This document shows positions 18,024 to 27,214 of a DNA stretch of 64,000 nt, piece after piece (position 1 is the first letter of the stretch; every line of letters begins with the position of its first letter). Source of the stretch: Nitrospinales bacterium (lineage in GTDB: Bacteria > Nitrospinota > Nitrospinia > Nitrospinales > VA-1); contig CBDCWG010000012.1 of assembly GCA_965223345.1 (NCBI GenBank), positions 864,001 to 928,000 of the forward strand. The letters are read 5' to 3'. The position numbers were made by a program, and so were the translations under genes. The notes beneath the pieces were generated by a model. The model ran no database searches. It was given only the letters and a program-made list of their open reading frames with translations, and was not told the origin of the DNA.

Positions 18024-19394
18024 TTATGAAGACGCCGTGGCCGCCGCCTCCACGTTTTCGACGTTGCCCTGTGTGAGAACGGGCTGGCTGTCGCCGCGCT
18101 TGAAGTTGTCCCAGGATTTGTATTCGGGGAAATAGCTGTCCCAATCCTTGAGGGATTTCAAGCAGTCGTTGTAGGTCTGCTCGATGAGCAGGTCGCGGAC
18201 TCTTGAATAGGCGAGCTGCGCAGCCTTCTCCAATTGCGGGCTATCCTGTTTTTGCTTGTGAGCCTGGGCCAGCATCACCGAGCGGTAGAGCGAGTTGTCG
18301 AGTTCGTGGCTCTCGAGCGTCGCCACCGCCTCGTCGGCCTCGCCGTTTTCAAGTTGCAGATTGGCGAGCAGCATCACCAGCATGTCCCGTTCTCCGTCAC
18401 GGGACTGATCGATGGCTTCCCGGTACACTTTGATGAGGTTCTGGCGTTCCTCGGGCGCCTGGAAGACCTTCTGCACCCGCAGCAGGCAAACCGGCGAACG
18501 GGTTTTTTCGAAACCGGCGAGCCAGGTTTTCAACGCGGCTTTGGGATTTCCGGATTTCAGATGGATGTCTCCCAGCGTGATGTAAGTGGGCAGGCATTCG
18601 TCGTCGGTTTTGAGTGCTTTTTTGAATTCGACGATGGCGCCTTCCAGATTGCCCTGATCCCATTTGGAAACGGCGCTGGCGTATATGAGCTGGCTCAGCT
18701 TCTGCTCCGCCTCTTTCAGTTCTTCGGGGTCTTTGAGCAGGCCGAGCGCCCGCTTCTGCACCGAAGCGGCCTGGTCCCATTCCTTTTTCTCGACGTGCGA
18801 GTCGCGAATCCGGTAGAGGATCAAGGGAGAATTGGGGTCTATGTTGCGGATCTTATCGAGCACCTGCACTTCTTTGGCCGGCATGCCTGCGGCGGCGTAA
18901 TCGTCTGCGAGGCTGTACAGCACCTTCACGTTCGAGGGCGCGACCTGCGCTCCTTTCAGATGCAGCTCCATCGCGCGTTCGGTGTTTCCTTCTTTGAGAT
19001 AAATCTTCCCGAGGTAGTTCAACGCACCGACGTGGTTGGGGAATTCCTCCAGGATTTTTTCAAACGTGTCTTTCGCTTTTGAAAGGTTGCCGCCGGTGAA
19101 CGCGTTTTCACCTTTTTCGAACTGGGCTTCACACCATTGGTCTTTTCTTTGGTTCTCGCGCAGCCTCATGGACTTGCGAAGGTTCCCCAGTGAGGATTTG
19201 ATCTTGATCCCCCATTCCAAAAACACCGTGACCACGACCCCTATGAGAATGAATCCCAACAAGAGGACCACCATCGGCAAGTCCAGAGAAAAGTCCTGGG
19301 AGAAATTAACCTTGACCTCGTGAGGATTCAAAAAGGCCATGTAAACCGAGAGCAGGGAAAAAATCAGGAGAAAGATGATGTTTTTTAGAGACAC
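18024..19394 (-). CDS. LapA-LapB-like fusion (two N-terminal TM helices plus TPR repeats)
   Basis: LapA/DUF1049-like TM-N...V.VNF...LPMVVLLL-TM, then multiple TPRs; GTG start at 19394. Confidence 0.7.
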   Translation of the reverse strand: MSLKNIIFLLIFSLLSVYMAFLNPHEVKVNFSQDFSLDLPMVVLLLGFILIGVVVTVFLEWGIKIKSSLGNLRKSMRLRENQRKDQWCEAQFEKGENAFTGGNLSKAKDTFEKILEEFPNHVGALNYLGKIYLKEGNTERAMELHLKGAQVAPSNVKVLYSLADDYAAAGMPAKEVQVLDKIRNIDPNSPLILYRIRDSHVEKKEWDQAASVQKRALGLLKDPEELKEAEQKLSQLIYASAVSKWDQGNLEGAIVEFKKALKTDDECLPTYITLGDIHLKSGNPKAALKTWLAGFEKTRSPVCLLRVQKVFQAPEERQNLIKVYREAIDQSRDGERDMLVMLLANLQLENGEADEAVATLESHELDNSLYRSVMLAQAHKQKQDSPQLEKAAQLAYSRVRDLLIEQTYNDCLKSLKDWDSYFPEYKSWDNFKRGDSQPVLTQGNVENVEAAATASS

Positions 19395-19643
19395 GGAAAA
19401 TCCTTTTAATTTTTGTGCCGACTCCCAACCGCACGTTTCGACCGGTGTATGGGAATCTTCGTTTTCCTTTTGATGAAAAAAACGAGAAACCCGGTGGCGG
19501 GAATCATCCTGTGCTGCGGGGTCGGCTTCGTTCAAAAATAGAGCGGCGACGGGACGGCCGGTCTTTCCGCTCGAGGAACCCTACGCTTGCCATGTGTTGC
19601 CAGTGGAAATTTACGTAGGAATATAATACATCCTCGACCGGAT

Positions 19644-20048
19644 TTAAAGGGATTCCGGGGATTCTTCTTGCGGGAAGGAGTGGTTTCTCGCCTCGATGCC
19701 GTTTTCGTTTTCGATCTGACTGAGGCATTCGACGCAATATTCGGCAAACGGAACGACGTCCAGCCGGGGCTCCGGAATCGCTTCTTCGCAGTTCATGCAG
19801 AACCCGTAACTTCCGGCCTTAATTTTTTCAAGAGCTTCCTCCACCCGTTTCAATTTCTGCCAGTCCTGTTCACCCAGATCCAGCATCAACTGACGCGAGT
19901 AAGCCTGCGCCGCACCGTCGGTGATATCCGCGAGCGGTTCCGCCGCATCCTCCTGGCTGGATTTTAAATTTTTTTCTACATCACCCACCAGTTCGACACG
20001 GATTTCTTCCAGTTTGGTTTGATAGTGGGGGAATTTTTTGGGATCCAT
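19644..20048 (-). CDS. dksA: DksA/TraR family C4 zinc-finger protein
   Basis: DITDGA (DxxDxA), YGFCMNC...RL...P...CVEC. Confidence 0.85.
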   Translation of the reverse strand: MDPKKFPHYQTKLEEIRVELVGDVEKNLKSSQEDAAEPLADITDGAAQAYSRQLMLDLGEQDWQKLKRVEEALEKIKAGSYGFCMNCEEAIPEPRLDVVPFAEYCVECLSQIENENGIEARNHSFPQEESPESL

Positions 20049-20075
20049 TGAAACGGTAGCTCCTCGCGAAAAAGG

Positions 20076-20429
20076 TCAAAGGCCTACGGCTTTGATAACC
20101 GGCACGTCTCCCCACAGTCGTTCGAGATCGTAATGGGATCGAGCGTCTTTGTGAAATATGTGAACGATGATCTCTCCCAAGTCCAGGACCACCCAGTTGC
20201 CGGTGGCGTAGCCTTCCACTGCTGAAAGTTTGTGTTGAGCTTTATAGATTTTCTCAAGGATGGAATCAGCGATGGCTTGAACCTGCAACTTGGAGTTTCC
20301 ACTGCAGAGTACAAAGTAATCGGTCAAGTCCGAGCGGTTGCGCAAGTCCAGAATGAGTATGTCGGATGCTTGTTTTTCTGCAGCGGACTCCACAACAAGC
20401 CTCTGCAGTCTGTTCAAAGACTCTTCCAT
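20076..20429 (-). CDS. rsfS: Ribosome silencing factor
   Basis: DYFVLCSGNS, WVVLDLG, YDLERLW; follows nadD. Confidence 0.95.
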   Translation of the reverse strand: MEESLNRLQRLVVESAAEKQASDILILDLRNRSDLTDYFVLCSGNSKLQVQAIADSILEKIYKAQHKLSAVEGYATGNWVVLDLGEIIVHIFHKDARSHYDLERLWGDVPVIKAVGL

Positions 20430-20440
20430 TCAACCCATAT

Positions 20441-21130
20441 TTAAGGTTGAGACTGTGCTCGGTAAAGTTGAGTTTCAATAATATAATTTTCAACTTTGGG
20501 TGGCAACAAGTTTTTGGTTTGCTCTTTGTGCGCAATTCTTTTGCGAATTTCACGCGACGAGACGTCCATCAGAGGCAGGTCAAAAAATCGCAGGGTCGTG
20601 TTGGAAGCGGAATTGGAAAAGCACACGACATCCTCCTGCTTGTGTTGAAACCGGTGCGGCAGTTTGAGTTTTCCAATCCAGAGTTTTGCGGTTTCCTCAA
20701 AGTCTTTTTCGTCCGGCTCGCTGCGCCGGGCCACGATGAGGTGACACAGATCGAGCAGACGGAATTTGTCTTTCCAGGTTTCCAGGCTCTCGAACGTGTC
20801 CTGCCCCATGATCAGGTGCAGCTCTTTTTGCGGATTTTCCGCCCGCAGGGTTTCGATGGTGTTCACGGTGTAGGAGGGGCCGGGGCGGTGAATCTCCATT
20901 TCCGAAATCGAGAATCCGGGATAGGGCGCCAGGGCCAAGCGCAGCATTTTCAACCGGTGTTGCGCCGGGGCGCAGTCCTGATCCAGTTTGTGCGGGGAAA
21001 CGGCGGCCGGTATGAACAGGATGCGATCGAGTTGAAACCGCTTCTGCACCTGTTCGGCCAGCCCCAGATGCCCGTTGTGCACGGGGTCGAACGTGCCCCC
21101 CAGGATTCCTATGGTTTTTGCCCGCTGCAT
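20441..21130 (-). CDS. nadD: Nicotinate-nucleotide adenylyltransferase
   Basis: GGTFDPVHNGH, SPHK, SYTVNT, VSSREIR. Confidence 0.95.
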   Translation of the reverse strand: MQRAKTIGILGGTFDPVHNGHLGLAEQVQKRFQLDRILFIPAAVSPHKLDQDCAPAQHRLKMLRLALAPYPGFSISEMEIHRPGPSYTVNTIETLRAENPQKELHLIMGQDTFESLETWKDKFRLLDLCHLIVARRSEPDEKDFEETAKLWIGKLKLPHRFQHKQEDVVCFSNSASNTTLRFFDLPLMDVSSREIRKRIAHKEQTKNLLPPKVENYIIETQLYRAQSQP

Positions 21131-21483
21131 ATTCTACGACCTGTCGCCTGAGGCCCCTGTGAGGGCCTCATCCTCGGTATTCAGGGATGTTTTTTTCCAG
21201 TCACCTTCCATTATAGGGGAAAGCGGGGGCAGGGCAAACGGAGAGGTGAAATAAGCCCCCTTTTTTCAAGCATTTTTGTCAGAATTATTGTAAAATGGGC
21301 CATTGGGTTACCTGAATTTGGCAGTGGGTGTGCTAATTTTTGGCATACGATTGGCGCGCGCCGACATTTTTTGTCGATTTTCGGTGAGGTGAAGCTTTTT
21401 GTGGGGAGGAACGCCCGAATGGGAGTTCCAATAACCCCTTGTTTTTCTGTGGTTTTTATAAATTTTGCCCAAATTTCCAGTTT

Positions 21484-21499
21484 TGGCATTCCGATTGCA
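21484..21499 (+). promoter_or_regulatory. sigma-54 (-24/-12) promoter for pilA
   Basis: TGGCAT-TCCGA-TTGCA, near-consensus, 87 nt before ATG. Confidence 0.85.
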
Positions 21500-21586
21500 C
21501 TCTATACGGGAAAAACTGAATTTAGTGGGTCAGTCCCTGAATTAAATAGCCCAGTTGTTCAACCCGTAGAAAGAGGAGAATCAGCA

Positions 21587-21967
21587 ATGCTTTCCAATCT
21601 CAGAAAAGCCAACAATGAAAAGGGTTTCACCCTGATCGAGCTGTTGATCGTCATCGCCATCATCGGTATTCTGGCGGCCATCGCGATTCCTCAGTTCACT
21701 CAGTACAAAAACCGTGCTTACAACTCTGCTTCCAAAGCGGACCTGCACAACCTGTTCCTGTCTTGTAAAGCCTACTGGGGCGACACCGACGGCGGTCAGA
21801 GCTGCACCACGACCATCGCTCAGCAGCCTTCTTACGGCTTCTCTGCGTCTCCGAACGTGACCGTAGCCATCACCGCGGCTACCGAAGCGGCTTTCACCGC
21901 TACGGCGACGCACAGTGTCACCGGTCAGGTTTACACCATCGATTCCGGTGGAGACATCACTCCGTAA
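21587..21967 (+). CDS. pilA: Type IVa major pilin (113 aa mature)
   Basis: KG|FTLIELLIVIAIIGILAAIAIP; strong SD GAGGAG; own sigma-54 promoter and terminator. Confidence 0.93.
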   Translation: MLSNLRKANNEKGFTLIELLIVIAIIGILAAIAIPQFTQYKNRAYNSASKADLHNLFLSCKAYWGDTDGGQSCTTTIAQQPSYGFSASPNVTVAITAATEAAFTATATHSVTGQVYTIDSGGDITP

Positions 21968-21994
21968 CCTGGAGTGACGCGTTTCGACTCAAAG

Positions 21995-22034
21995 CCTCGC
22001 CTCACCCTTTTGGGTGGGGCGAGGATTTCTTTTT
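21995..22034 (+). terminator. Intrinsic terminator after pilA
   Basis: CCTCGCCTCACCC-TTTT-GGGTGGGGCGAGG followed by T-rich tail. Confidence 0.8.
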
Positions 22035-22058
22035 AATTCCAAAAACATCTCTTATTCG

Positions 22059-24271
22059 ATGAATACCGCCTACCAAAACCGGGCCGCTGTTTTTTTTTAA
22101 TCGTTTTTTCCTGGCTCGTCTATCTCGCAACCGTTTCTCCGACCATCAATCACAGAGATTCGCCTGAGTTTGTCGCTGCCGCTTACACGTTGGGCATCAG
22201 CCATCCTGCAGGATTTCCGCTTTACAGTCTCCTGGCCAAAGCCGTCACGTTTGTTCCATTCGGCACCATTGCGTTCAAGGTCAACCTGTTTTCCGTCCTG
22301 TTCGCCTGCGGGACGCTGGTGGCTCTGTATTTTGCGGCGATCCGGCTGTTGTCGAACCTGTACGCGGAGGAAGACCCTTCGCATTTTGTGTGGCCCGCGT
22401 TTCTGGCCACGGGGCTTTTGGCATTTTCGGTACCGTTCTGGCTGCATTCTCTGGTCGCGGAAGTCTACACGCTGCACGCTTTCATCATTTGTGTTCTGAT
22501 CCTGTTGCTGCTCGCCTGGCGCGAGAAGGAGGACGTCCGCTACCTGTACGGCGCGGCCCTGCTTTACGGCCTGGGCGCCGGCAACCACGCCACCGTGGCG
22601 TTTTTGTTGCCCGCCATCCTGCTTTTGTTTTTCGCGTGGAACCGCAAGGACACCGCACGGCATTTGAGTGTCTGCGTCGCCTTTTTCATGATCGGTCTTT
22701 CGGTGTACAGCTACCTGCCGATCCGGTCGCTCACGGAACCCTCGATGGACTGGGGCAACCCGGAAACGGTGCAGAGATTCCTGTATCAGGTCACCGACCG
22801 CAAGGACGCCGCGACGCATTTCTCGGTCTTGCGGCAGTCCGGAGAGTCCGCTGAAACCGGCGCGCTGGGTGCTGCCGGTGCGGCGATGCACAAGGTGTGG
22901 AGAGTGGTGCGGTCTTTCGGTTCGGATGTTTCGGAAAATCTGACCGGGTTCGCGATGATGGGGTTCGTTGCGGGAACCTTTTTTTGCTGGCGGAAAAACC
23001 GGCCGCTGTTTTTGTTCTTTTTTCTCATCGTTGCGGTCAACGCGGCGTTTTTTGCCCACTGGCGGGAAGAAAGTTTTTTCCCGTCCTACATCGTCGTCTG
23101 CCTGTTCACCGCAATCGCTCTGTACGGATTGATTTTCAGAAAGCGGACACAGGAGGCCGGCGCACCACAAGCCCGGCTCCACCCGGCGCTGGCGGCGATC
23201 CAAAAAGCGTTTTCGCAGATGGACTGGCGCAAAGCGGCGGTTCCCGTATTCCTCTGCGTGATCGGATGGAATGCGTTCACAGGCTACCCCCGGGTGGACC
23301 GCTCCGATCTGTATTTCGGCGAGACCCTGCTCAAGCGGGTGTTTCTCTCGATCGAGAACCGCGGTGTGTTCATCACGGGAAATTCGTGGTTCGATTATTT
23401 CTACAATCAGGATGTGGTCCGCCTGCGCGACGACGTGACGGCGATCAAGGCCTGGGATTTTCTCGATCCCGACCCGCCGTCGATCCTGACCGCGCGCCGC
23501 TATCCCGATCTCAATCTTCCGGACCCTGCGGGGCACACCTTTCAATCCCGCGAGGGAGCGTACCGGTACCTGAACGCCTTTTTCGCTGCGAACCAGCAGG
23601 AACGGCCGATCCTGATGGATCAGAACCTCACTTTTTTCGAACAGCTGCCGCTGGAGCGGCGTTTCGAAACGTACAAGAACATCCTGCTCAAGCTGGAAAC
23701 CGCTCCGGACACACAAAACCGGCAGGACCCCGGCGATCGCGCCTTTGAGGAGTTCAAACTGCTGATGACCGACGAGCTCCAAAAACCCGGCATCGAGCGG
23801 ACGGAATGGATCACGAAAATCTCGTTTTACATTCCCTCGTTCGCCCGCTATTTCCACGCCAACGGGCGCTACAGCGAAGAGCGCGCGGCCCTCAAACTGA
23901 TGCACGACTTTCTCGGTCAACGGGGACTGCCCTGGCTGTTCACGATGACGGACAACCTCATTCTGGATGGCAAATTCACCCTGGCGGAAGCGCACCTGGA
24001 AATGATGCGCGAACGTTTTCCCAACCATTACGAAACGCATCTGGCCCAGGGGCTGCTGCATTCCGCAAAGGGGGAGTACAAAAAATCCATCCATGCGTTG
24101 CAAACCGCCGCCGGCATGAACCCGGCGGCGTTTCGTCCCTTTCTGGAAATGGCGACTGCGTATCACAGGATGGGGGCAAACGAGCAGGCGTTGAAAGAAC
24201 GCGAACGCGCGCAAAGCCGCATTCGCAATCTCGGCGATCTGGAAAAAGTCCGCGGGCTGCCGGTGGGTTGA
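22059..24271 (+). CDS. DUF2723 family GT-C-type membrane glycosyltransferase with C-terminal TPR; frameshifted at T9 run 22090-22098 (uninterrupted ORF from 22190)
   Basis: With one extra T the frame reads VYLATVSPTINHRDSPEFVAAAYTLGISHPAGFPLY; AEVYTLH, YLPIRS, WGNPET motifs; many TM helices. Confidence 0.8.
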
Positions 24272-24343
24272 CCGGACAGGCGGGCTCCGGCGTTGCGAGA
24301 CAGGCCGGTGACGATTTGAAACACACTCGGATTTTAAAGACTC

Positions 24344-25330
24344 ATGTATAAAAACAAATCCATAGCCGTGGTGGTCCCCGCTCACAACGAAGAGCGGTTG
24401 ATCCTGAGGGTGCTGCAGACGCTGCCGGACTGGGTGGACCGGGTCTTTGTGGTGGACGATTGCAGCGAGGATGCGACATCGGAGATTGTCCGGCGTCACA
24501 TCAAGGAGGACCCGCGCGTCAAACTCATCCGTCATACGGAAAACGGCGGCGTGGGGGCGGCCATCCGCACCGGCTACAAAGCCTGCCTGGAACAGGATTG
24601 GGACATCGCCGTGGTGATGGCGGGGGACGCGCAGATGGACCCGATGGACCTGGAAAAAGTGGTGCGGCCGGTGGCGGAAGACATCACCGACTACTGCAAG
24701 GGCAACCGGCTGTTCGAAGGACAGTCCTGGGACGTCATTCCCCGTTACCGCTACATCGGCAACGCGGTGTTGTCCCTGCTCACGAAAATCGCCAGCGGCT
24801 ACTGGCACGTTGCGGATTCCCAGTGCGGCTACACCGCCGTTTCCAAAGAAGCGCTGCGCTCGATCGATCTGGATTCCATCTACCCGCGTTACGGGATGCC
24901 CAACGACATGCTGGTGAAGCTCAATATTTCCAACCAAAGAGTGTGTGACGTTTCCATCCGTCCGGTATACAATATTGGAGAGGTATCGGGGATCCGGCTT
25001 TCACGGGTGGTCACGTCCATTTCCCGCCTGCTGGTGGGGTGTTTTTTCAAGCGCTTGTTTCACAAATACGTCATCCGTGATTTCCATCCTCTTATCTTCT
25101 TTTACGGCCTGGGAATGATGGCGTTTCCCACCGGAATGCTGAGCGGCCTGTACCTGCTTGTTTACCGGTTTTCCACCGGTCCGGTTTCGGTCACCAGCGC
25201 TCTGTTTTCCGCTTTTCTGGTCATTTCCGGGCTGCAGTTTCTCCTTTTTGCCATGTGGTTCGATATGGAGTCCAACAAGCACCTGAAAGGACACCACAAG
25301 GATCGTCGCAGCAGCCCGCAGACCTCTTAA
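24344..25330 (+). CDS. GT2 glycosyltransferase, DPM-synthase/GtrB-like, with two C-terminal TM helices
   Basis: VVPAHNEE, VVDDCSED, NGGVGAA, MAGDAQMDP, DSQCGY. Confidence 0.9.
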   Translation: MYKNKSIAVVVPAHNEERLILRVLQTLPDWVDRVFVVDDCSEDATSEIVRRHIKEDPRVKLIRHTENGGVGAAIRTGYKACLEQDWDIAVVMAGDAQMDPMDLEKVVRPVAEDITDYCKGNRLFEGQSWDVIPRYRYIGNAVLSLLTKIASGYWHVADSQCGYTAVSKEALRSIDLDSIYPRYGMPNDMLVKLNISNQRVCDVSIRPVYNIGEVSGIRLSRVVTSISRLLVGCFFKRLFHKYVIRDFHPLIFFYGLGMMAFPTGMLSGLYLLVYRFSTGPVSVTSALFSAFLVISGLQFLLFAMWFDMESNKHLKGHHKDRRSSPQTS

Positions 25331-25517
25331 ACCCCACCGAATCGAGCTTTCGCACGCTGAAATCGGCGCTCAACGGGGGTTTCTGCGGAGGGAATTCCCT
25401 AAAACCCGTTTTCACAGCCTGTTTGGAAGAAAACCCTCGGGCCGATGCGAATTCCCCCCCTCACCCGGGACGCTCTAGACGCTTGATTTTACAGCCCGTC
25501 GGATTGGCCTTATCTTA

Positions 25518-25546
25518 TTGAATCAAAAGGGTTAACGGGATATAAT
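25518..25546 (+). promoter_or_regulatory. sigma-70 promoter for nadB
   Basis: TTGAAT-17 nt-TATAAT, ending 6 nt before the ATG. Confidence 0.75.
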
Positions 25547-25552
25547 AAGACG

Positions 25553-27214
25553 ATGAGCACGCAAAAGGATTTTCTGGTTCTCGGAAGCGGTGTGGCGGGC
25601 CTGACCTATGCGCTCAAGGTGTCGGATTTCGGTTCCGTGGGGATCCTGACCAAGGACGCGCTGGAAGAGTCGGCCACCAAATACGCCCAGGGCGGGATCG
25701 CCTCGGTCATGGCGGAGGACGATTCCTGCGACCTGCACGTGGAGGACACGCTGCAGGCGGGGCGCGGGCTCTGCAAGGAAGACATCGTGCGCATCATCTG
25801 CCGCGAAGGCCCGGCGCGGGTGCGCGAACTCATCGACCTGGGAGCCCAGTTCGACAAGACCCACAGCAAGGAATACCACTTGAGCCGCGAAGGCGGCCAT
25901 TCCAAGCACCGCATCCTGCACGCCAACGATCTCACCGGATGGGAAATCGAACGCACCCTGATCGAAGCGGTGCACGCCAAGGACAACATCGAGGTCTTTG
26001 AGCACCACATGGCCATCGATCTCATCACCCTGGCCCGCATCGATCCTTCGGTGAAGCCGGGCAGCGAAGAGGACGAGGCGCTGGGGCTTTACGTTCTCGA
26101 TACCGTCAACAACCAGGTGAAGACCTTTCTCGGACGCGTGACGCTCCTCGCCACAGGCGGCGCGGGCAAGGTCTACCTGTACACGTCGAATCCCGACACG
26201 GCCACAGGAGACGGGGTGGCCATCGCCTACCGGGCGGGGGCGCAGGTTGCCAACATGGAATTTTTTCAGTTCCACCCGACCTGTCTGTATCACCCGAAGG
26301 CGAAATCGTTTCTCATCTCCGAGACGGTGCGTGGCGAGGGCGGCATTCTGCGATTGCAGAACGGCCAGACCTTCATGGAGAAGTACCATCCGCTCGGGTG
26401 CCTGGCTCCGCGCGACATCGTGGCGCGCGCCATCGATCACGAAATGAAACAAAGCGGCGACGACTGCGTGTTCCTCGACGTGACCCACATCGAAGGCTAC
26501 CGCAGCCGCGAGCGCTTTCCCAATATCTACAAAACCTGTCTGGACTTCGGCTTCGACATGGCCAAAGAACCGATTCCCGTCGTTCCCGCGGCGCATTATA
26601 TGTGCGGCGGTGTGATCGTGGGCGCCAGCGGGCAGACCAACATCCGCAGGCTTCTGGCGAGCGGCGAGGTCGGCTACTCCGGCCTGCACGGCGCCAACCG
26701 GCTGGCGTCCAACTCGCTTCTGGAAGGGCTGGTGCTGTCGCACCGCGGTGTGGACCGGGCGGCGGCGCTGCTCATGCAGGAGGGGGCTCTCGACCGGATT
26801 TCCGGGTCGATCCCGCAATGGGACAGCGGCAGCGCGGTGGACAGCGATGAGGAAGTGGTGGTTTCGCACAACTGGGACGAGATCCGCCGTCTGATGTGGA
26901 ATTACGTCGGCATCGTGCGCTCCAACAAACGGTTGCAGCGGGCGCAGCGCCGCATTCAGTTGCTGCTCGATGAAATTCAGGAGTACTACTGGAATTTCAA
27001 AATCACCAAAGACACCCTGGAGCTGCGAAACATCGCCATCACTGCGGACCTGATCATCCGCGGCGCATTGGAGCGAAAGGAAAGCCGCGGGCTGCATTAC
27101 AATCTCGATCACCCCGAGACCGACGATGCGAACTGGGTTCGCGATACCGTTTCCCAGGACAGCACACCTCGATTGATCCCCCAAAAACCTTCACGGGCGA
27201 TTCCCAATGAATGA
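25553..27214 (+). CDS. nadB: L-aspartate oxidase
   Basis: GSGVAGL, YAQGGIA, EGGHS, QFHPT, HGANRLASNSLLEG, ESRGLHY. Confidence 0.97.
   Translation: MSTQKDFLVLGSGVAGLTYALKVSDFGSVGILTKDALEESATKYAQGGIASVMAEDDSCDLHVEDTLQAGRGLCKEDIVRIICREGPARVRELIDLGAQFDKTHSKEYHLSREGGHSKHRILHANDLTGWEIERTLIEAVHAKDNIEVFEHHMAIDLITLARIDPSVKPGSEEDEALGLYVLDTVNNQVKTFLGRVTLLATGGAGKVYLYTSNPDTATGDGVAIAYRAGAQVANMEFFQFHPTCLYHPKAKSFLISETVRGEGGILRLQNGQTFMEKYHPLGCLAPRDIVARAIDHEMKQSGDDCVFLDVTHIEGYRSRERFPNIYKTCLDFGFDMAKEPIPVVPAAHYMCGGVIVGASGQTNIRRLLASGEVGYSGLHGANRLASNSLLEGLVLSHRGVDRAAALLMQEGALDRISGSIPQWDSGSAVDSDEEVVVSHNWDEIRRLMWNYVGIVRSNKRLQRAQRRIQLLLDEIQEYYWNFKITKDTLELRNIAITADLIIRGALERKESRGLHYNLDHPETDDANWVRDTVSQDSTPRLIPQKPSRAIPNE

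Noticed and set aside
22097..24937. 946-aa minus-strand ORF
   Set aside because: Antisense shadow of the DUF2723 and GT2 genes; no recognisable motifs; expected from GC-biased codon usage
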